DNA of 64,000 nucleotides from Candidatus Latescibacterota bacterium (GCA_965204725.1 OZ242005.1:3552001-3616000); one strand, 5' to 3'; positions 1 to 8,825 are shown, numbered from the stretch's first letter. Translations and numbers: made by a program. Notes: generated from the sequence alone by a model not told the origin.

Positions 1-612
1 TAAGCGGGCCGAGGCCGGACGCCGCTGCTGACGCAGGCTGCGTAGCCGATCCGCTAAGCGGCCCAATTCCACCTGTGCCTTGAGCACGGCCGCGTGTTCC
101 CCGGTGCCGCCGCGATAGCGGGTGCGGCCTACCTCTTCTAGATGCGACAACAGGCGCACGTTGCTCTCGGTGACGGCGATGGCTCGCTCCAAAAAGTAGC
201 AGTCGTAGTACGCGGCCTTGACCGCAAAGACCAGCGACCGCCGCGCCGCCTCATAGCGTTGGCCCTCAACTTCGGCTTCTTGCTCGGCGATTTGTCCCTT
301 GAGGTTCAACGTGCCCTTCCAAGGGAAGGTTTGCGCCGCACTCACGCGCATTTCTTGCGGGCCGGTGCGCGTCTCCACCGGGCGTGCGAAATAGCCGTAG
401 GTCAGGCGGGGGTCGGCCCAAGCACTCGCCGGGGCCACCTTGGCTAGGGCGGCTTGATAGTGCGCCAAAGCCTGCTTGAGCTTGGGGTTGTGCTGTTCAG
501 CATAGCGCACATACTCCGCGAGCTCGGCTCGGGGGTCGAGCACTGCTTCCTGCGACCAAACTGGTATTGCAAGCAGACCCGCTAGCAGCAGGGCCGTTCT
601 ATTTTTGTACAT
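1..612 (-). CDS. TolC/CzcC-family outer membrane efflux protein (5' part; runs off window start)
   Basis: Not in the ORF track; read by hand from ATG at 612 (SD GAGGAG): MYKNRTALLLAGLLAIPVWSQEAVLDPRAELAEYVRYAEQHNPKLKQA...ADPRLTYG...AAQTFPWKG...VKAAYYDCYF...AVLKAQVEL. Signal peptide plus OEP-family motifs (NPxL, QxxPW, VxxAYY, LxAQVEL); open to position 1. Confidence 0.85.
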   Translation of the reverse strand, partial: MYKNRTALLLAGLLAIPVWSQEAVLDPRAELAEYVRYAEQHNPKLKQALAHYQAALAKVAPASAWADPRLTYGYFARPVETRTGPQEMRVSAAQTFPWKGTLNLKGQIAEQEAEVEGQRYEAARRSLVFAVKAAYYDCYFLERAIAVTESNVRLLSHLEEVGRTRYRGGTGEHAAVLKAQVELGRLADRLRSLRQQRRPASARL

Positions 613-680
613 GCAAATACTCCTCGCCGCACGGGGCCGGGATCACGTATAGGCAGGCCCCCGCAAATTGAGTGGTAGAC

Positions 681-761
681 TCCGTCATTCCCGCGAACGC
701 GGGAATCCAGCCGGTATCGTCTATACACAAGAGACGACCACCAGAGTCTTCAGACCGCTTC
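681..761. repeat. Partial copy of a MITE/REP-like element (GTCATTCCCGCGAACGCGGGAATCC hairpin plus right end)
   Basis: Closely matches 8930-9010; ends CAGACCGCTTC followed by TTA. Confidence 0.8.
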
Positions 762-787
762 TTAGGACAAACTCGGTGCGGCGAGAA

Positions 788-1144
788 TCAGATCAGGAAG
801 GAACAGTAGAGCTGGAAGAGCGGGGGATGGAGTTGGGGAATGCGGTTGGGCAGCGACTCCAGTGCCGACGAGCGAGGTGGGGCAGGAGCGGTCGCCGCCA
901 TGCCGCCTGAGGGCATAGCGGCAGACGGCGGCTCGGCTGGGGGGACGAACTGAGAGGACGCGCTGTTGGATTCAGTACGCAGACAGCAACAACCCGTTTG
1001 CATGCCGACGTCGCCGCAAGCATTGGCGACGTGGCAGGGCATGGGGGCGGCCTCTGCGACCGGAGCGCAGAGGACCTGCAAGCCGCTACAGGCGAGGGCC
1101 AGCAGCAGGGCTAAAGACGTGGTTACGGGACGCAGGTTTTTCAT
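788..1144 (-). CDS. Small exported Cys/His-rich protein upstream of TolC (HYC_CC_PP/DUF2946-like leader type)
   Basis: MKNLRPVTTSLALLLALAC... signal-like N-terminus, MPCH...C...GCCC cluster, Pro/Ala/Ser linker, C-terminal HPPLFQLYCSFLI. Confidence 0.7.
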   Translation of the reverse strand: MKNLRPVTTSLALLLALACSGLQVLCAPVAEAAPMPCHVANACGDVGMQTGCCCLRTESNSASSQFVPPAEPPSAAMPSGGMAATAPAPPRSSALESLPNRIPQLHPPLFQLYCSFLI

Positions 1145-1166
1145 GGTAATCAATCGAGTACGCAGA

Positions 1167-1195
1167 TAGACGACTGCCAACACAAAAAAGTTTCA
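1167..1195 (-). promoter_or_regulatory. Putative ECF sigma promoter TGAAAC-N17-CGTCTA
   Basis: AAC/CGTC ECF consensus with a T-tract after the -35; about 23 nt upstream of the ATG at 1144. Confidence 0.55.
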
Positions 1196-1205
1196 ACTGA
1201 GTCCG

Positions 1206-1922
1206 CTACTTGGGCACCATCTTGCGGACGCCGCGCTCGTACACCACTTCGTACTCGCCCTCCGGCACCGCCATGCCGCGCACGGCTAGCTCGCCCATCG
1301 TCACCAGCGGCTCGGACGCCAGCAGCAACTCGTCAAACGACTCTTCGGGCGTCTTGCCGGTGGTGTCTAAGACGACCGTGCGGTTTTGGTGGGTAAACAG
1401 CGATGCGGCGATCTCCGCTTCAAAGTCCGCTTTGACCTCGGCGATGTGCTCGCGGCGCACAACCGGATATTCGTGCGGGCTGTCCTGCATCCGCCGAGCG
1501 ATCTCCTCGTCCGAGGCCGTTACGTGGAACAGCACCACATCCGGCAGATGGGCCTCTAACACCAAAGACTCGTAGAGACGCTGGAAGCCGTAGTGGAAGT
1601 TCGGGTAGTAAAAGCTGTGCGGGTCGTCGCCGTAAAAGCGCGTGTACACAGCCTCCTCTAAGTGCCAGCCGACGATCAGCGGACAGGCGTACTTTTTGAT
1701 GATTTCTACGTGATAGTGGATTTGCATCCGCTGCCCGCGCTCCTTCACGTCGTTGGGTAGGCCGAGCATGAGCTCGCGCGACGCCGGGCTGAGCGAGGCG
1801 TCGGGGATGGTGAAGTGATCGTCGGTGTGGATGGGGACGCGGCGGTGCCGGTAGTATTTCCCGAGCATGGTGGCCAGCGTACTTTTCCCCGCGTATTCAA
1901 TGCCTGCGAAAATGCTGCGCAT
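1206..1922 (-). CDS. P-loop nucleoside/nucleotide-kinase-fold protein
   Basis: N-terminal Walker A (FAGIEYAGKST); thymidylate-kinase-like PDVVLFHVTAS...IARR and VLDTTGKT elements. Confidence 0.65.
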   Translation of the reverse strand: MRSIFAGIEYAGKSTLATMLGKYYRHRRVPIHTDDHFTIPDASLSPASRELMLGLPNDVKERGQRMQIHYHVEIIKKYACPLIVGWHLEEAVYTRFYGDDPHSFYYPNFHYGFQRLYESLVLEAHLPDVVLFHVTASDEEIARRMQDSPHEYPVVRREHIAEVKADFEAEIAASLFTHQNRTVVLDTTGKTPEESFDELLLASEPLVTMGELAVRGMAVPEGEYEVVYERGVRKMVPK

Positions 1923-2011
1923 TCTATTCTCCCTCCGGGCTTTTCAAGACGGCGTTGTCGGATATATTGTCAAAGGTAAGTCGCCGCACACCCTCCAGCA
2001 AACGCCCGCTT

Positions 2012-3028
2012 ATGCCCGCTCGCTCAGCCAAAATCGGCGTCCTCGTCGCTCAGCTCGGCACGCCGCAAGCACCCACCGCCCGCGCCCTGCGGCCCTATCT
2101 GCGCCAATTTCTCTCCGACCCGCGCGTCATCGACCTCCACCCTCTCAAGTGGTATCCCATTCTCTATCTTTTGGTCCTCACCCGCCGACCCGCGCGCTCG
2201 GCCGCCCTGTACGCCAATATCTGGACCGACGAAGGCTCGCCGCTCATGGTCCATTCCCAAGCGCAAACCCGCGGCTTGCAAGAGCGGTTGGGCGCGGCCT
2301 ATCGGGTCGTGCTCGGCATGCGCTACGGCGAGCCGAGCATTGCCCGCGCGGTACAGTCCCTAGAGCGGGAAGGCGTCGAGCGCATCCTCGTCTTTCCCAT
2401 GTACCCGCAGTTTTCCTGCGCCACCACCGGCTCGATCTACGACGCGGTCACCCGCGCGGCCTTGGGCCGGCGCTGTCCGTGGTTTTTTGACCGCAAACGT
2501 CAGATGCCTGCCCTGCGCTTCGTCCCGCCCTACGCAGACCATCCCGCGTACATCAACGCGCTCAAACAATCGGTCGCCGAAGCGGTCGCCCGCCTCCGTT
2601 GGACCCCCGACCGCTACCTAATCACCTTCCACGGCATTCCCCAGCGCTACGTCGATGAAGGCGACCCTTACCGCCGCCAGTGCGAGGAAACTGCGCGGCT
2701 GCTAGCCACAGCCCTTGGGTTGGCAGACGACGAGTGGACCAACGGCTTCCAATCGCGCTTTGGCAAAGAGCCTTGGCTAGAGCCTTATACCGAGGATGTG
2801 CTGGCGCGTCTCGGGGGGCAAGGCGTGCGCCGCTTAGTCGCCGTCTGCCCCGGCTTCACCGCCGACTGCCTCGAGACGCTCGACGAAATTGGCCGCGAAG
2901 GGGCCGAGCTGTTTTCCCACGGCGGCGGTCAACAGTTCCACTTAGTACCCTGCCTCAACGACCACCCGGCCTGGCTCGACGCCATGGCAGCCATCGCCCG
3001 CCAAGAACTGGCCGGCTGGGATGCCTGA
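2012..3028 (+). CDS. hemH: Ferrochelatase
   Basis: LGTP...LRQFLSDPRVI, MRYGEPS, PMYPQFS, FHGIP, FQSRFGKEPWLEP, PGFTADCLETLDEI, PCLNDHP. Start placed at ATG 2012. Confidence 0.97.
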   Translation: MPARSAKIGVLVAQLGTPQAPTARALRPYLRQFLSDPRVIDLHPLKWYPILYLLVLTRRPARSAALYANIWTDEGSPLMVHSQAQTRGLQERLGAAYRVVLGMRYGEPSIARAVQSLEREGVERILVFPMYPQFSCATTGSIYDAVTRAALGRRCPWFFDRKRQMPALRFVPPYADHPAYINALKQSVAEAVARLRWTPDRYLITFHGIPQRYVDEGDPYRRQCEETARLLATALGLADDEWTNGFQSRFGKEPWLEPYTEDVLARLGGQGVRRLVAVCPGFTADCLETLDEIGREGAELFSHGGGQQFHLVPCLNDHPAWLDAMAAIARQELAGWDA

Positions 3029-3046
3029 CGGCAAGGGGTCATTTGC

Positions 3047-3076
3047 TTGACAATCCTGAGTTTTTTTTGTCATACT
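3047..3076 (+). promoter_or_regulatory. Putative sigma70 promoter TTGACA-N18-CATACT
   Basis: Perfect -35 and TG-extended -10, just upstream of the ATG at 3092. Confidence 0.6.
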
Positions 3077-3091
3077 TAGCGCGGCTCTGCT

Positions 3092-4201
3092 ATGGACAAG
3101 CTACCCCCCGCACTCGAACGCAAACTCATCCGGCTCGGCACTCATCTCATTGACCAAAAGCGCGGCCGGCGCATCGTCGAGCCGACCAAAAACCGCGATG
3201 GCTTCTGGTTTGGCGGCGGCAACACAGTGCGCGACCCCAGCGATGGTAGCCTCTGGCTCATAGGCCGCTATCGCGACGCCGGCGACAGCCGCACCGGGCT
3301 GACCGCAGGGACCCGAGGCCGCGCCCTAGCCCTCTTTCGCTCGACGGACCATGGACGGAGCTTTGCTGAGGTTCGCACTTGGGACAAATCCGATCTCTAC
3401 TGCAACTCGACCGTGCTCAGCATTGAAGGCAGTGCGCTGCGCCTCAACAAACGCCGCGTTCAAGTGCTGGTCTCCACCGAAAAGGTTCGCCTTTACCCAC
3501 GGCCCGTCGCTGCTTTTCAGAAGCCGGGCACCGGCGTCTGGAGCATTGACACCTTCTCCGCCTCCTCCATGGACCGGCTCGACCCCCAGCAGTCGATTGC
3601 CCCGCTGCTGACCAGCGATGACCCAGCCTATCTACACCTCAAAGACCCCAACCTCTCGACCGGAATGGGCCGGCAGCCTCTGCTGCTGTATTGCGCCCAC
3701 CCGTACACTTGGTCTGCGAGCACTTCGGGCCGTGGCGTACTCACGGGTCAGTCGGGCGAAAGCCACGACCACGATTTCTTTCCCCGCGGCCCCACCTGGG
3801 ATGTGGCTGCCTCGCGCGTCACCTGCCGTCTGCCCGTGCCCAAAGTGGGCGCATTCGCTTGTTTGCCCTCGCTCTCGCTCTATTTCTACGACGGGGCCGA
3901 GTCCATGCGTCCACTCAAAGCGCATGCAAGGGGGGTAGCTCGACCGCGCGGGTACTCCTGCGAGGAATTGGGCGGCTTGGCCTATGGCTTCGATCGCCAG
4001 TTTCCGCGCCTCCACCGCCTCAGCCGCCTCGAGCCGCTCTTCGTCTCGCCGGAAGGCACTGGCTGCTCGCGCTACGCATCCGTGCTGACCGAAGCGGACG
4101 GAGGGCTTTTCGCCACTTGGCAGCGCTCAACCTCCACTCGCTCGCAGCCGCTTTTCGGCCACCGGCTCACACCAGCGCGAGTCGAGTCCCTGCTCTCTTG
4201 A
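3092..4201 (+). CDS. Beta-propeller/exo-sialidase-like protein with an Asp-box
   Basis: Asp-box FRSTDHGRSF, GFWFGGG, HLKDP and SRYASV motifs; no signal peptide. Confidence 0.6.
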   Translation: MDKLPPALERKLIRLGTHLIDQKRGRRIVEPTKNRDGFWFGGGNTVRDPSDGSLWLIGRYRDAGDSRTGLTAGTRGRALALFRSTDHGRSFAEVRTWDKSDLYCNSTVLSIEGSALRLNKRRVQVLVSTEKVRLYPRPVAAFQKPGTGVWSIDTFSASSMDRLDPQQSIAPLLTSDDPAYLHLKDPNLSTGMGRQPLLLYCAHPYTWSASTSGRGVLTGQSGESHDHDFFPRGPTWDVAASRVTCRLPVPKVGAFACLPSLSLYFYDGAESMRPLKAHARGVARPRGYSCEELGGLAYGFDRQFPRLHRLSRLEPLFVSPEGTGCSRYASVLTEADGGLFATWQRSTSTRSQPLFGHRLTPARVESLLS

Positions 4202-4266
4202 AATTTTTAGCTGTATGTGTACAGAGTTGTCTCTTGAGTCAACGGAGCAATCCCTAGCAGCACGTT

Positions 4267-4404
4267 TTACTTTGAACGCCTAGGTTTTGGTGCGGGCGGC
4301 TTCTTTGAGGGAGGCTTTCGGGGTGGCGGTGGCTTAGGCGGTGGCGGGCGCGAAGGGCGCGGTGGCTGACTTCCTATAATTGAATCTTCTCTAGGTCTGT
4401 GCAT
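4267..4404 (-). CDS. Possible 45-aa Pro/Lys/Arg-rich micro-protein
   Basis: ATG at 4404 overlaps the 3' end of the upstream gene; MHRPREDSIIGSQPPRPSRPPPPKPPPPRKPPSKKPPAPKPRRSK. Confidence 0.4.
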   Translation of the reverse strand: MHRPREDSIIGSQPPRPSRPPPPKPPPPRKPPSKKPPAPKPRRSK

Positions 4405-4885
4405 AGTATCCTTGAATGGTTTCGTAGGCCGCTTTCGTCGCCTTTTCATGGATGCGTTTATGCTCTGAAATACCGCACAGAGTCGCCCATTCCGTCACGT
4501 CTGTCATATCGTCTCTCAGATGGCGAAATTTCTCTTCTAGGGCATCCTCTGCCAAAAGCTCTTCTCGTTCTACCTCATTCCACAAATCGCGCCACTGGTT
4601 CAGCATTCTATCGCATCGGACACAGATGATCCCAAGCAGTGCTGCCTTTTTCTCGTAGTTCATAACGGCATCCCAAACAACGGCTCCAGCTAAGAAAGCC
4701 GCTACGATGAGGTTGATCCATTCGGGAAGGCTTTCCACGAATGCCGTTATGCCGGTCATGCAGAACAGAAGAATAGCCCCCCGGAGAATCCAACGGCATC
4801 TATTGTAATATCGGGCCAGATCGCCATAATACCGGACTAGTCGTTCTGCGTCCACTAGCTGATTCCAAATTTCATCGCGCAGCAT
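4391..4885 (-). CDS. SLATT-like two-TM membrane protein
   Basis: Helix, 2 TM segments, then helical tail (YYxxLAxxY, TM pair, NYEKKA...H/C...WxDLW), typical of SLATT effectors; lower GC than the flanks. Confidence 0.6.
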   Translation of the reverse strand: MLRDEIWNQLVDAERLVRYYGDLARYYNRCRWILRGAILLFCMTGITAFVESLPEWINLIVAAFLAGAVVWDAVMNYEKKAALLGIICVRCDRMLNQWRDLWNEVEREELLAEDALEEKFRHLRDDMTDVTEWATLCGISEHKRIHEKATKAAYETIQGYYAQT

Positions 4886-4934
4886 ATCAGACCTGCTTTA
4901 CTAGGTAGTCTTGCGGTAGTCTTGCAGCTATTGG

Positions 4935-4964
4935 AAGGTACAGAACGAGATAGAAACCTGTCAA
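4935..4964 (-). promoter_or_regulatory. Putative sigma70 promoter TTGACA-N18-TACCTT for the SLATT-like gene
   Basis: Perfect -35 hexamer, with the -10 about 50 nt upstream of the ATG at 4885. Confidence 0.55.
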
Positions 4965-5016
4965 CGGAGTCATAACTTGTTGGCCGCCGTTGGGGTAGAG
5001 GGACGCCATGCCGCGG

Positions 5017-7125
5017 CTACGCTACCGAGACTTCGTACTGGCCGGCCCGTCGCAATACCATCACCACCCGCTCCGCTTGGCTGATTAGTTCCTGCACGTA
5101 GGAGTTGGGGTGGGCCTTCTCGTTGCGCCACACCGTCTCGCCGTTGATTTCGATTTGGGGGAAGCGTTTGTCGCAACGGGGTAAGGCAAGATGCGTTTGG
5201 CCGTCGTGCGGAACGGCAAGGTGCGCGGAAAAGCCGCCGCTGTATGCCCCCCACGCGATCTCGACATCGCCGTGTGGCGTGGGCACGACGCCCTCGGCGC
5301 GTTCGAGCCCGGACAACTGCGGCCGAATCTCCAAGATCCCCTCGGCCTTCGACTCAACCCCTAGCACATGCGCCGCGAGCAAGCTCTCCGGCCCCGGTTG
5401 CGCGGTCAACGAGCCGGCCTTCTCGCCCCACGTCTGTCCCGGACGCGCCAGCAAGCGGCCCCACTTTCTCTGTACGTACGCTAAAGCCGCCGAGCCGGCG
5501 TCCGCTTGCCACAGCGCCCCGGCGACAAAAAACGCCTGCCACAAATCGTCTTCGGCCGCCGAGCCGCCGGATAGGTGCTGCGCCACCTGTGCCTGCTGGC
5601 TGGGGTTGGCCAAAGCAAAGTAGAGTACCAAGGCATTCGTCCAGCGGCTGCAATCACCAGCCCCAGCGGCAGCGGCAAAAAGCCCTTGCGCTTCGCTCCA
5701 AGCGGCTTGCAATTCCTGCTGCGCCCGATGATGGGCGCGCTCGCATTGGGCGGCTTGCTGGCGGTCGCCCATGCGTCGGCACAAGGCGGCGACCGCTTGC
5801 CAAGCCCCGGCTCGCAACGCGACCGCAGCGGTCGCTGGCGCGGCTTCGGCCTCGGCCGTTTGCAAGCCGCTCACTAGGCTCGCTAGCGGCACGGCAGCCG
5901 ACTGGTCGCCGCCGTACCGCTGCACCCGCTCGACAGACAGCGCGTGGAAACAGGCCTGTTCCCCGCCAAGCGGTGCTTTGCTACCCGTCAGCACGGCGCG
6001 CGCTGTGTCCACGCAGCCGGTCGCGCACCAATCGTTCATGGCCCAAACGTAGAAGTGGTCCCAGCGGATCGGTTCCTCCCCGAGATCGTACCCCTCTTGT
6101 CGGCTAGCGGCTACGGTTTGTTCCCCGGTCTGCCACAGCCGCTCCCAGTCTTTGTCTGCGGTTGTAAAGCACCCGCGCACTGCAACGGCTACGCGCCGCT
6201 CCACCAGCGAGACACTGTCTATTTCTATCTCTTCTAGGCACGGTCCGACCCGCACCACTAGGTAGCGACACGTCGCCAAGTGCGGCACGGTCCACTCCTG
6301 TAACCCATCGCGGCACACGTAGCGCAAACGCGATTCCACCGCGCCCGACGCCCGCGCAAAACCTAGGTCAATCACCGCGCTGGACCGGCCCCGCAGCCGC
6401 AGATGGGGGAATCCGCGCAGCAATCGTCCGAAGTCTAAAACCAAATACGCGGCCCGGGCTGGATCTGTTGCCTGCACCAAACACTGGGCTTTACCGGGGG
6501 CCAGCAACGCTTCCCGCCGCACACACTTGGCGGTCTGCATGGGCGCGGGATACGCGATCCATTCGAGTTCCCCTTCGCTAGCGACCTCGCTAAAAGCCAC
6601 CACCTCCCGCGCTGACACCATGCTTTCCACCGCCGGCAACGGCGACCAATCCCTCGGCTCGGGGCCAGCCACCACGGCTGCTTCCTGCCATCCCGCAAAC
6701 CGCCCCTTAGTCCACTCGGTCGGCTCCAACCCGGCGGCGTAGCCGGCCGGCCCTTGCCAAGCACTGGCCGGCTGCACCTGCCAAGGCGCACCCGTGTACA
6801 GCACCTGCTCGGCCCCATCGCTGCGCTCGATTGCTCCCTCGGCGCGAAACCAGTCGGCTACGCCGCGGCCGACGGCAAAGACCAAGAGCACGTTTTCGCC
6901 CTCCCGCAGCGCAGCCTCCAACGCGAACCGCTCCCACACGGCCACTTCAGCCGCCGCTGGCCCCAATCCCCGGCCCACGCGCTCGCCGTTCAAATACACC
7001 TCGTATGGGCCACTCGCAGCACAGCGCAGCAGCCCTTTGACTGCTGCGCTGCTCAGGTGGAATTTGAGGCGGATGTACACGGCCGGCGCGGCCGGGTGCC
7101 ATATAGCTTGCGAGCGCATACTCAA
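5017..7125 (-). CDS. GH78 alpha-L-rhamnosidase-like protein (divergent)
   Basis: YEVYLNGERVG N-domain, LVLDFGR, (alpha/alpha)6-like region, C-terminal IRPQLSGLERAEGVVPTPHGDVEIAW. Confidence 0.7.
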   Translation of the reverse strand: MSMRSQAIWHPAAPAVYIRLKFHLSSAAVKGLLRCAASGPYEVYLNGERVGRGLGPAAAEVAVWERFALEAALREGENVLLVFAVGRGVADWFRAEGAIERSDGAEQVLYTGAPWQVQPASAWQGPAGYAAGLEPTEWTKGRFAGWQEAAVVAGPEPRDWSPLPAVESMVSAREVVAFSEVASEGELEWIAYPAPMQTAKCVRREALLAPGKAQCLVQATDPARAAYLVLDFGRLLRGFPHLRLRGRSSAVIDLGFARASGAVESRLRYVCRDGLQEWTVPHLATCRYLVVRVGPCLEEIEIDSVSLVERRVAVAVRGCFTTADKDWERLWQTGEQTVAASRQEGYDLGEEPIRWDHFYVWAMNDWCATGCVDTARAVLTGSKAPLGGEQACFHALSVERVQRYGGDQSAAVPLASLVSGLQTAEAEAAPATAAVALRAGAWQAVAALCRRMGDRQQAAQCERAHHRAQQELQAAWSEAQGLFAAAAGAGDCSRWTNALVLYFALANPSQQAQVAQHLSGGSAAEDDLWQAFFVAGALWQADAGSAALAYVQRKWGRLLARPGQTWGEKAGSLTAQPGPESLLAAHVLGVESKAEGILEIRPQLSGLERAEGVVPTPHGDVEIAWGAYSGGFSAHLAVPHDGQTHLALPRCDKRFPQIEINGETVWRNEKAHPNSYVQELISQAERVVMVLRRAGQYEVSVA

Positions 7126-8504
7126 TGGACGGGCATCCGCAACCCCACCAGTCGCGTCCCTTGCGATCCGAGCACCCGCACCATAAACGCATCCCCCGGC
7201 TCAATTGCTTCCAACACATCCTCGTACTCTGCCACGGTTTCCACCCACTCGCCGTTTATCTGCTGAATGAGCATCCATCGGCGCAAACCCCGCTTGGCCG
7301 CCTCACTGCCTCTGGCCACCTGCACGATCACCACCCCCGATTCGTCTTGGTAGCCCAAGCGTTCCGCCCACTCGTCCTTTAGGTCCTCCACCCGGATCCC
7401 CAGCGGCCCACGCGCCTCGTTGGAATCGCGGGGCTCGGCTGCGGAGGCTAAGGCCTCCTCGGTCAGCGACTCCAACTCGACCTTGACGCGCTTCTTCTCG
7501 CCCTCGCGCAACACCAGCAACTCGACCTCCACGCCGGGGGCGGTGCGCCCGATCTGACTCCTTAGATCGACTGCGTTGTGGACGGGCTGGCCATCGACTT
7601 CAAGCACGATGTCGTCTCTTTTGACGCCGGCCTTATCCGCCGCTCGCCCAGAGACCACGTTGCGGATCAACACGCCTTGGGTGTTGTCCAGCCCCATGGC
7701 TTCGGCCAACAGCGGATCCAAGTTGTCGATCCTCACACCGAGCAAACCGCGCCGCACCTCGCCGTGCTCAATGAGCTGCTCGGCCACGTGTTTGACCAAG
7801 TTGATTGGAATGGCAAAGCCAATGCCTATATTGCCGCCGTCGTTGCTGGTGATGGCGGTGTTGAGGCCCACGAGCTCCCCGCGCAAGTTGATTAGGCCCC
7901 CGCCGCTATTGCCCTTGTTGAGGGCGGCATCGGTCTGGATGAAAGAGCCGTACTCGCGGCCAAAACGATCCCGCCCCAGCGCACTGACCGTGCCCATAGT
8001 CACGGAGTGGGCAAAGCCCAAGGGATTGCCTATGGCCATCACCCACTCGCCCTCGCGCAACTGGTCTGAGTCGCCCAATGTCAGGGTGGGTAGGTTTTCG
8101 GCGTCGATCTTCAGCACGGCCACATCGCTCAAGGTGTCGCGACCGACCACCTCGGCTGCAAAAAACCGCGAATCGGTCGCTTCTACGCGGATATTGTCGG
8201 CGCGGCGAATCACGTGGTTGTTGGTGATGACGTACTGCTGGCCGTCAAACTCAACGATCACGCCCGAGCCTTGGCCCTGGTGCCATTGGTCGGGGGCGCG
8301 GAAGGGCCTTCGCCACGGCAGGTCAAGTACGCGGCCCTCCTCCGTGCCCTCGGTAGTGATTTTTACGACGCCGTGCTTAACCTGCGCGGCGAGTTCGGCA
8401 AAGCCATCGCTCATCTGGCGCAAAAGCTGCATGTTGTCGCTGGCTCGGGCATTGCCAGCTATGGCGAGGCTTAGAATGAATAGGGAAAAGCACAACTTCC
8501 GCAT
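7122..8504 (-). CDS. degP: DegP/DegQ (HtrA) serine protease with two PDZ domains
   Basis: GSGVI, TNNHVI, SDVAVLKI, GNPLG, IQTDAALNKGNSGG, two PDZ domains; signal peptide; SD GAGAGGA before ATG 8504. Confidence 0.93.
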   Translation of the reverse strand: MRKLCFSLFILSLAIAGNARASDNMQLLRQMSDGFAELAAQVKHGVVKITTEGTEEGRVLDLPWRRPFRAPDQWHQGQGSGVIVEFDGQQYVITNNHVIRRADNIRVEATDSRFFAAEVVGRDTLSDVAVLKIDAENLPTLTLGDSDQLREGEWVMAIGNPLGFAHSVTMGTVSALGRDRFGREYGSFIQTDAALNKGNSGGGLINLRGELVGLNTAITSNDGGNIGIGFAIPINLVKHVAEQLIEHGEVRRGLLGVRIDNLDPLLAEAMGLDNTQGVLIRNVVSGRAADKAGVKRDDIVLEVDGQPVHNAVDLRSQIGRTAPGVEVELLVLREGEKKRVKVELESLTEEALASAAEPRDSNEARGPLGIRVEDLKDEWAERLGYQDESGVVIVQVARGSEAAKRGLRRWMLIQQINGEWVETVAEYEDVLEAIEPGDAFMVRVLGSQGTRLVGLRMPVH

Positions 8505-8562
8505 GGTATTCCTCTCTGAAAAGGGTGTGAAAGTACGGATAATTTTCAAGGTTCACAAAAAA

Positions 8563-8589
8563 AGACGACAAGCACTAAATCGCGGTTCC
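8563..8589 (-). promoter_or_regulatory. Putative ECF (sigmaE-like) promoter GGAAC-N17-CGTCT upstream of degP
   Basis: Matches the ECF AAC/CGTC consensus; degP is a classic sigmaE target. Confidence 0.6.
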
Positions 8590-8825
8590 CGCTTCAGGCG
8601 GCTTCTCAGAAGCGTTCTAAAATTAGGGTTTCAGTTTCTGATTCGGTTGAGAAACCGTAGGGCTTCCTGCAAAATGGGACATTGTGGCACTCAAGGGGCT
8701 GGAATGAGTAAAAAAGGGCGTGGATCTGTCAGACGAGACTCAGGCGAAAGAGTGCCAACTTCCTCGCGGTGGTTGAAGTCGGCCTAAGTTTGCGTATGCC
8801 TTTTCTGCTGTTGCCGCTACATCCG

